Assembly: GCA_043823125.1 (NCBI GenBank)
Contig: JBDRBC010000187.1
Span: 5,257-69,256, forward strand
Length of the DNA: 64,000 nt
DNA from: a bacterium
Lineage (GTDB): Bacteria; Krumholzibacteriota; Krumholzibacteriia; LZORAL124-64-63
Direction: 5' to 3'
In this document: piece after piece, positions 57,666 through 64,000 of the stretch
Layout of the letters: the number at the start of each line of letters is the position of its first letter
How positions within the stretch are numbered: position 1 is the stretch's first letter
The notes under the pieces: model-generated
Database searches by the model: none
The model's input: the letters and a program-made list of their open reading frames with translations, nothing else
Told to the model about the DNA's origin: nothing
Program-made: the position numbers and the translations under genes

Positions 57666-58739
57666 CTAGCGGTGGCTGCGCAGATGGAGTGTCCAGCCGA
57701 TGAGGGCATAGAGGACGTTGCCGGCCCACGCCGCGGGTACGGGGGGAAGGGCGCCGCTATGACCGAGGGCGCGTCCAAAATTCATGCAGAGATAGTATCC
57801 GAAACTGATCAGCACGGTGAGTCCGAATCCGGAGGCGATGGTGGTCTTGCGCGGCCCTGACGCCAGCAAGATGCCCATGAAGACAACGATGATGTGGACC
57901 ACGGGAAAAGCGAGCAGGAACTGGATGTCCACCGCCCCCTGCGTGGCGTCGCCGCCACTTCGGCTCACCAGGTCGATATGCCGCCGAAGCTGGGTGATGT
58001 TCATATCTTCCGGCCTGACCCGTTCCTGACTCAAGGTCTCGGGAGTGAGGGAGAGTCCTGGCAGGACGAGTTCCGTGAACGGGGTCACTTGCTCCGTGTC
58101 GGCGCTGAACTGACGCCGGGTTCCCTCGTGGAGAAGCCAGGCGCTCCCGGTCCACTGGGCGCTGGCGGCGTCGATCCTCGCGGTGACCTGGAATTCGTCG
58201 GTGGTCACCACGCGTAAATTGGTGATTTGTCCGGTGTCGGCCTCGTAGGATTCGATGTGATACATCCGTCCATCTTCGCCAGTCAGGGCGATGTTACTGG
58301 TGGGGCGGATCCGCTCCGGTTGCCGATGGATCTCCACGTCCCATACGCGGGCGCGACCGATGTTGGCCTCCGGGAGAACATACTCGCGCCAGGTGAGGGC
58401 CAGCAGGGCTGTGATCACGGCGGTCAGGATGAGTGGCTGGGTCACTTGCAACAGGGAACGGCCGGCGGCGAAAAGGGCAGACAATTCGTTGTATCGCGCC
58501 ATGCTGCCCACCGTGAAGAGTGTGGCCATCAACATGGAGATGGGTAGCACGATGTCGATGATCCAGGCGGTCTTGTACAGATAGTACCGCCCGATCATGG
58601 AGAACGTCGCCTGGTTATCGAGAAAACTGCCGATGTTCTCGAGTAGATCCACCAGCGTGAACAGGATGATGGCGCCAGCCATGGTATAACCGAGAATCCG
58701 TAAAAAGGAGGACATGAGCAGCCGGTGAACCAGGACCAT
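57666..58739 (-). CDS. lptG: LptG/LptF-family LPS export permease (YjgP/YjgQ)
   Basis: MVLVHRLLMSSFLRILGYTMAGAIILFTLVDLLENIG… N-terminal TM bundle, periplasmic beta-jellyroll, C-terminal TMs. Adjacent to a paralogue. Confidence 0.7.
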   Translation of the reverse strand: MVLVHRLLMSSFLRILGYTMAGAIILFTLVDLLENIGSFLDNQATFSMIGRYYLYKTAWIIDIVLPISMLMATLFTVGSMARYNELSALFAAGRSLLQVTQPLILTAVITALLALTWREYVLPEANIGRARVWDVEIHRQPERIRPTSNIALTGEDGRMYHIESYEADTGQITNLRVVTTDEFQVTARIDAASAQWTGSAWLLHEGTRRQFSADTEQVTPFTELVLPGLSLTPETLSQERVRPEDMNITQLRRHIDLVSRSGGDATQGAVDIQFLLAFPVVHIIVVFMGILLASGPRKTTIASGFGLTVLISFGYYLCMNFGRALGHSGALPPVPAAWAGNVLYALIGWTLHLRSHR

Positions 58740-58740
58740 G

Positions 58741-60144
58741 TCACACCTTTCCTTCGCTATCAGTCTGAACCGGTTTGGGCTTGAGAGTGAACCTGAACAG
58801 GGTCGATTCGCGCACGGTCCGCACAAAGACCGGGATCCCGATGATGGTCAAGGTGACATTGGCCAACCACATTGCGATGAGTGGATCCAGCCGCCCCCGA
58901 TCCGAGAACTTCTCGCCACCCACCAAAAACAGGTAGTAGATCAGATAGACTGCCAGCGCCAAACTGACCGAGATCCCACGACCGCTACGAGCCGTGGTCA
59001 CGGCCATGGGTATGCCGAGCAAGACAAATACGACGCAGGCCATGGGAATAGCGAATTTCTTGTGAAACTCCACCAGATACCGATTCTCCTTGGCCACGTA
59101 GTTCAACCGTAACTTATCTTGGTACCGTGCCTGGTTGGCCGCCAGTTCGACCTTCTGCCGGCTGGCGAGGAACTTCGATTGTCGGTACGCCTTGGTGCGC
59201 TGACCGGTGAAGCTATTCTGGCGTCCGATCATGGGCAGCCGTTCCACAGCGTCCAGCAAGCGCCATTGACGCTCCAGCAGCTTGGCGGTCAGATCGGCGG
59301 TGTTATCCTGGACGCTGTTCTGCCTTTCCTGTTCGAGGTGAGCCGCCTGCCGCAAGTCGTGGAGGTTCATTTCGCGGTCACTACGGGCGGTACGGTCGGA
59401 TTTCTGGAAATCGCGCTCGAGGTTCTTCAAGAAAAGATTGTGCTGGGTGAAACGGATGACCTGATACTTGGCGAGATCACCGTCTTCCGGGAACTCGTGG
59501 GTTTCCCCGTTGTGGAGTTCGATGAGCATGGCATCGCTCTCGTGCCGGGGGATGATGAGACCCCATTCGGCAGTGGTCAACCGCGGCGAACTATCCTTGG
59601 CGCCATCCTTCTCGAAGATGGTAACTCCGCGGATTTCACCGGTCCGGTCGTCCTTTTCCCGCACATGAATTGTCAACTCGTCATTCATCTCGGTGAACAT
59701 CTGCTCTCGAATTTCGATCATCGGCCTTTTACGGTTGATGTCGTACAAGAGGTTGGCTAGCCTGTGGTTCGATTCCGGGAAGATGTAGTGGTTGTATGCG
59801 GTCAGGCCGAGCCCGATGACCCCGGCGCCGAATAGCAGCGGTACCAGGATGGAATAGAGGCCGATCCCGCTGGCCTTCATGGCGGTAATCTCATGATCGG
59901 CCGCCAGTTGGCCGATTCCCATGAGGACGCCGAGCAGTACAGCCATTGGTACGGATAATGCAAAGGTGTGGCCGAGGCTGAGGGCGAGGACCTCGGTGGC
60001 CATTAAAAAAGGGACTCCCTTGCCCACAAAGAGGTCGATGTATCGATAGAGGACCTCGATCATCAACACAAAGGTGATCACAAAAAGGCCGAAGCAGAAC
60101 GGCCCAAGGACAGTTCTCAGTAAGTGCTTGTAGATCAGATACAT
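58741..60144 (-). CDS. lptF: LptF/LptG-family LPS export permease (YjgP/YjgQ)
   Basis: MYLIYKHLLRTVLGPFCFGLFVITFVLMIEVLYRYIDLFV… same architecture; its stop lies 1 nt from the lptG start. Confidence 0.7.
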   Translation of the reverse strand: MYLIYKHLLRTVLGPFCFGLFVITFVLMIEVLYRYIDLFVGKGVPFLMATEVLALSLGHTFALSVPMAVLLGVLMGIGQLAADHEITAMKASGIGLYSILVPLLFGAGVIGLGLTAYNHYIFPESNHRLANLLYDINRKRPMIEIREQMFTEMNDELTIHVREKDDRTGEIRGVTIFEKDGAKDSSPRLTTAEWGLIIPRHESDAMLIELHNGETHEFPEDGDLAKYQVIRFTQHNLFLKNLERDFQKSDRTARSDREMNLHDLRQAAHLEQERQNSVQDNTADLTAKLLERQWRLLDAVERLPMIGRQNSFTGQRTKAYRQSKFLASRQKVELAANQARYQDKLRLNYVAKENRYLVEFHKKFAIPMACVVFVLLGIPMAVTTARSGRGISVSLALAVYLIYYLFLVGGEKFSDRGRLDPLIAMWLANVTLTIIGIPVFVRTVRESTLFRFTLKPKPVQTDSEGKV

Positions 60145-60557
60145 CGCGATCTCCAGGGCTTACTGTTTTTGCCGTCTCTCGGCGGGTTCGTTGCCGCTCT
60201 GGACCGCAAGGTAAGCTTCGGAGTTTCTATCCGGGCGATCTGTTCGTTCCCTACCGGATCGACACCGGGTGACGTGTCGTGCGGGCTCCGTACGACCAGT
60301 CTCGGAGTCAGCTTGACCAATTTCGTGGACGGGACCACCACCCTCACGAGTGGCGGCCGTCGGTAGTGTAGCCTCGATTCACCCGCGGGGACAATGGTGG
60401 AAAACACGATCAGTCTACCTCACATCGTCGGCCAGGAGACCAGAAGGTGAGTCGCGAGTTGTTTGTCTGTCCAGCTTCTCTGCGGACTCTCGACCATGAT
60501 CGGCCGCCCCCTGGCAATATTTGCACCGTTTCTCACGCTCCTATCTACCGTGTCAAG

Positions 60558-63500
60558 ATGGCCTGCTTGTTCCTGCTGCTGTTGCTGTGCTCGAGCCCGG
60601 TTTTAGCTGATCCCGAGTATGGCGACCTGGTGCTTCCCGGATTCGACCCGGTGCTGCGAGCCACCCGCGATCCCCGTTTGCTTGGCGTGCAGCGGCTGCT
60701 CATCCGGGAACGGATGCTGGCTCAGGGTATCGATCCCCAACGCAGTAAGGCCTCGCCTGATCTCCATAGCCTTGTGCAACATCGCCTGATCGAGAATTCC
60801 CGTGTCGATCTGCGTCGTCTGGTCACCGTGAAAGAAGTCAGCGGCACGACCGGACTGGTGACGGTATTCCAATACCCTGAATATTTCTATCTGTTCCAGA
60901 CCCCCGAGGACTTGCCCGGCGGATTCGTCTATTATCCGCCACGGCCGGTAGACGCCCCCGAGGTGGAACTTTTCCTGGACGACATCGATTCGGCTCGCGA
61001 GCGTGGCTTCGCCCTGGACCAGGTGCAGACTCGCCTTTCGTTGCTCGGCGCCGGCGGTGGCACTGGCCGGGGTGGCGCCGGTGATGGTCTCCTCAATCTC
61101 ACCATTCCCATCAAGTTGCCCCGCACCCTGGAAAAGATCATCGGCCGCGGGGAAAAAACCAACATCAAGATCACCGGCCGCGAGCACATCGCAATCTTTG
61201 GCGAGAGTACGGTGAGCAACAGGTTCATCCCCAACGAGCGCGTGAAGAGCCAGAGTCTGTTCCCGACCCTCGAAATGGAGCAGCAGCTGCAGATCAACCT
61301 CTCGGGTACCATCGGCGAGAAGATCCACATCGAGGTGGACCACAACAGCGAGGTCATCGGGCCAGAGGCCACCAAGATCCGGCTGATGTACCAGGGGCTC
61401 GAGGACGAGATCATCCAGACCATCGAGACCGGCGATGTCGGTCTGACCCTGCCGGGGAGCCAGCTCCTCGGCTACAGCTCCAACAAGTCGGGACTGTTCG
61501 GCATCAAGGTCACCGGTCAGGTGGGGCGGGCGGACTGGACGGTGGTGGCCAGCAAGCAGAAGGCCGAAAGCGCCGCCAAGTCGTTCAACAGCCGGGGCGG
61601 CGAAGTCGCCGATCACACCATCCAGGCGTCCAACTACGTCAACAATCGCTTCTTCCGCCTCGATCTGCCGCCGCCGCCCTCCGGGCAAGAACCCATCCGC
61701 TACGGGTACCTGACGCCGGATGCCCCCGGTCGTCCTCAGGGGGCCCAAATCGATATCGCGTCGGTGAAAGTATTCCAGTTTCTCGGCGGTGGCATCGCCC
61801 AACTCAACGACATCAACTATGTGGCGGCCTACCGCGATACCACTGGGCTGTGGGGCGATTACACTGTGGCCGATACCCCGGTGGCCCTCGGGGACCGCTG
61901 GCGGGAGGTGGATATCGCCCAGCCTTTGCGGGACGAGTCGGGTAACCTCATCGCCATCGATCTCGGCCGGCAATACAACACCGATGACGAGCTGGCGGTG
62001 ATCTACGATGTGGTCGATGCAAACGGCGAGCTCCTGTATCGGGTCGGCGACCGGCCGGGTCGGGACGAGGGCCAACGTATCGAGGCGGAAGGCGACGGGA
62101 TCCTGTACTACCGCATGAAGCTGCTGAAGCCGAAGTGGTCCAAGGCCGACGCCCATACCTGGCAGTACGTCCTGCGCAACATCTACTCGCTCGGCGGCGC
62201 CAACATCGACTTCGACTCCTTCGACCTGCGGATCGAACTCAACGACCAGGCCCTCGACCACCCGGAACGGGACAGCAACGGCCTCGACTGGATCCGGATC
62301 TTCGGCCTGGATCGAACCGATCCCCAGGGCGACGGAGGGCCGGACGGCATCGTTGATAAAGAGGACCAGTACGTCATCAATCTCAATGCCGGTCTTTTGA
62401 TCTTTCCCATCGACGTGCCGTTCCCGTTCAACGCCGACCGGGAGGTATACGAGTTCTTCGCCGATTCGGATACCTTCGACTGGGACGCATCGTTACTCGA
62501 GAGAAACCTCATTGCCGCAATCTACAGCCATGAGACCCCGACCGCGGATTACAACCAGCACAGCCGTTTCAGCTTCGTGGCGTCCCACGCTGCGGCCGCC
62601 AGCAGCTTCAACCTGGGGGTCTCGAACATCGAGGAGGATTCGGAAACCGTCACCCTCGACGGCCGGACCCTGCAACGTGACGTGGACTACGATATCGATT
62701 ACATGTTCGGCCAGATCACCTTGAAGGGGGACGCCGCCGCCGGCCTCACCGGCGATTCCCAGGTCCAGGTGAATTACCAGTACGCCCCGTTCTTCGGCGG
62801 TGGCAAGAGCAGCCTGGTCGGTTTCAACATGGGGTACGAACTCGGCCGGGACAGCCGACTCTCCACGACCTGGCTCTACGAGAGCAACCAGATCGTCGGC
62901 CACAAGGCGAAACTCGGCGAGGAGCCGAGCCGGACCCTCGTCGGCAACGTCAACCTGCAGCACACCTTCAAACCGTATTTCCTGACCCATGCCGCCAACT
63001 TCCTCAGCCGACACGATTCGGAGAAGGAGAGCACGCTGCGGTTCAACGGCGAGCTGGCGATCAGTGTCCCCAATCCCAATACCCGCGACGAGGCCTACCT
63101 GGAGGATTTCGAAGGCATCGACGCCTCCGATATCCTCACCTTGAGTAGACTGAGCTGGTGGTGGGCAAGCGCCCCGGTGCCGGGCGAGGACCCCGATTAC
63201 GTCGCCGACACGGGAGACACGCGACTCTTCACTCCCGAGGATCGGGTGCCCGATATCCGCTGGTACATTCCCAAAGACCGGGTCCAGCGCTGGTACCTCA
63301 ATCCGGATCTGGTGGAACGGGAACGGCAGGAGACCCAGCAGGCATTGACCGTCCGCATGGTGGCCGACGATCCGGACACCCCGGAGCAGGAGACCTGGCA
63401 GGCCGAGAGCTGGGGAGGGATCATGCGCGGACTGGGGCGAATCGGGCTGAATCTCACCAAGACCCAGTTCGTCGAGTTCTGGGTCAACGACGGCACCCCC

Positions 63501-64000
63501 GAGATGGAGAATCGGCGCGGCACCTTGCATTTCGATTTCGGCTTCATCAGTGAGGATTTCTATTGGCCCGAGAATGACCAGGGAGAGTTGCAGATCGGGG
63601 ACTGGCAATTCGAGGACGCCAGCCGCGATGGCATATTCACCAACGTGGACGAGGATACCGGCCTCGACGGCGTCTTCAATGGTGACGACGAGTATGGCGC
63701 CGAGTACGAGAACGGATCAAATCCATATCCGCGAATCAACGGCACCGAACTCAACAACCGCGAGGACAGCGAGGACCTGGACGGCGATACCAGCTTCGAC
63801 CGCGAGAACGGGTACTTCTCCATCAGCATCGATCTGAAGGAGACCGCGCCGCTGGTAGACGTGGTGCGAGACTATTCCGGTGATGACGTGAATGAGCTCA
63901 TCGATGCGAACATCGCCTGGCGGAAGTATCGAGTGCGGTTGGGCGATATCCTGGTCATCGCGCCGCCGAGTGGTGTTACGCCGCAGATCAGCTCCATCAC
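60558..64000 (+). CDS. sprA: Cell-surface protein SprA-like (T9SS translocon family), 5' portion; the ORF runs off the window end
   Basis: Hand translation from ATG 60558 gives signal peptide MACLFLLLLLCSSPVLA, then …KITGREHIAIFGESTVSNRFIPNERVKSQSLFPTLEMEQQLQINLSGTIGEKIHIEVDHNSEV…, which matches my recollection of the SprA N-terminal signature. No stop was met in any stretch I translated by hand (60558-~61680 and 63900-64000) and no stop-bounded + ORF appears in the track here, so the track shows only its long antisense ORFs. Confidence 0.6.
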   Translation, partial: MACLFLLLLLCSSPVLADPEYGDLVLPGFDPVLRATRDPRLLGVQRLLIRERMLAQGIDPQRSKASPDLHSLVQHRLIENSRVDLRRLVTVKEVSGTTGLVTVFQYPEYFYLFQTPEDLPGGFVYYPPRPVDAPEVELFLDDIDSARERGFALDQVQTRLSLLGAGGGTGRGGAGDGLLNLTIPIKLPRTLEKIIGRGEKTNIKITGREHIAIFGESTVSNRFIPNERVKSQSLFPTLEMEQQLQINLSGTIGEKIHIEVDHNSEVIGPEATKIRLMYQGLEDEIIQTIETGDVGLTLPGSQLLGYSSNKSGLFGIKVTGQVGRADWTVVASKQKAESAAKSFNSRGGEVADHTIQASNYVNNRFFRLDLPPPPSGQEPIRYGYLTPDAPGRPQGAQIDIASVKVFQFLGGGIAQLNDINYVAAYRDTTGLWGDYTVADTPVALGDRWREVDIAQPLRDESGNLIAIDLGRQYNTDDELAVIYDVVDANGELLYRVGDRPGRDEGQRIEAEGDGILYYRMKLLKPKWSKADAHTWQYVLRNIYSLGGANIDFDSFDLRIELNDQALDHPERDSNGLDWIRIFGLDRTDPQGDGGPDGIVDKEDQYVINLNAGLLIFPIDVPFPFNADREVYEFFADSDTFDWDASLLERNLIAAIYSHETPTADYNQHSRFSFVASHAAAASSFNLGVSNIEEDSETVTLDGRTLQRDVDYDIDYMFGQITLKGDAAAGLTGDSQVQVNYQYAPFFGGGKSSLVGFNMGYELGRDSRLSTTWLYESNQIVGHKAKLGEEPSRTLVGNVNLQHTFKPYFLTHAANFLSRHDSEKESTLRFNGELAISVPNPNTRDEAYLEDFEGIDASDILTLSRLSWWWASAPVPGEDPDYVADTGDTRLFTPEDRVPDIRWYIPKDRVQRWYLNPDLVERERQETQQALTVRMVADDPDTPEQETWQAESWGGIMRGLGRIGLNLTKTQFVEFWVNDGTPEMENRRGTLHFDFGFISEDFYWPENDQGELQIGDWQFEDASRDGIFTNVDEDTGLDGVFNGDDEYGAEYENGSNPYPRINGTELNNREDSEDLDGDTSFDRENGYFSISIDLKETAPLVDVVRDYSGDDVNELIDANIAWRKYRVRLGDILVIAPPSGVTPQISSI

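Noticed and set aside
60507-60521. Sigma-54 promoter-like motif upstream of sprA (ctGGCAatatttGCa)
   Set aside because: The GG…GC spacing is 8 nt rather than the invariant 10, and sigma-54 does not tolerate spacing changes. Kept only as a note.
60603-63608. Two large minus-strand ORFs (552 aa and 371 aa) at the window end
   Set aside because: The + strand here is open from ATG 60558 through every stretch translated by hand and gives a signal peptide plus a SprA-like sequence. The minus ORFs are its antisense shadows.

Overview
This is a 64 kb high-GC (~65%) chromosomal segment from a diderm, LPS-producing bacterium. Almost all of it is densely packed core-metabolism genes on the + strand, many with 1-4 nt start/stop overlaps.

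The annotated genes, in order: a partial ppdK; a possible accessory envelope cluster of six genes (DUF4388 protein, vWA membrane protein, two-lamin-tail-domain secreted protein with a FlgD-Ig/T9SS-like C-terminus, two proteins ending in Trp of which one looks like an outer-membrane beta-barrel, and a 547-aa unknown protein); aminotransferase, carbamate kinase, purD-purE, tsaC-like, LMW-PTP, rpiB, glyA, nrdR, tatC, a polyprenyl synthase, rsfS, argS, a PfkB kinase; a lower-GC island with a 255-aa unknown protein, a 14-codon small ORF with a strong SD, and a membrane HD-GYP protein; purM; a sigma-54 activator with an unrecognisable repeat-containing N-terminal domain; lnt, a NUDIX gene, purN; minus-strand nfnB-nfnA; folE; minus-strand trxB; rplU-rpmA; a KDO/LPS block (kdsB, pyrG, kdsA, kdsC, kdsD, lpxL-family, lptC-like, lptB); rpoN-hpf-hprK with a complete mannose-family PTS (IIA-IID, HPr, EI); a PGI/PMI gene, a sugar-1-P nucleotidyltransferase, metK; minus-strand PKD lipoprotein, lptG and lptF; and the 5' 3.4 kb of a SprA-like T9SS surface protein running off the window.

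The most unusual signal is a pair of long palindromic elements between two convergent gene pairs. Both contain the same 32-nt core (31/32 identical) at the apex of completely unrelated 24-32 bp inverted-repeat arms.

No rRNA, tRNA, CRISPR array or recognisable IS/transposase was found. Every coordinate, start call and family assignment was made by eye from the sequence and the ORF track; nothing was checked against a database.
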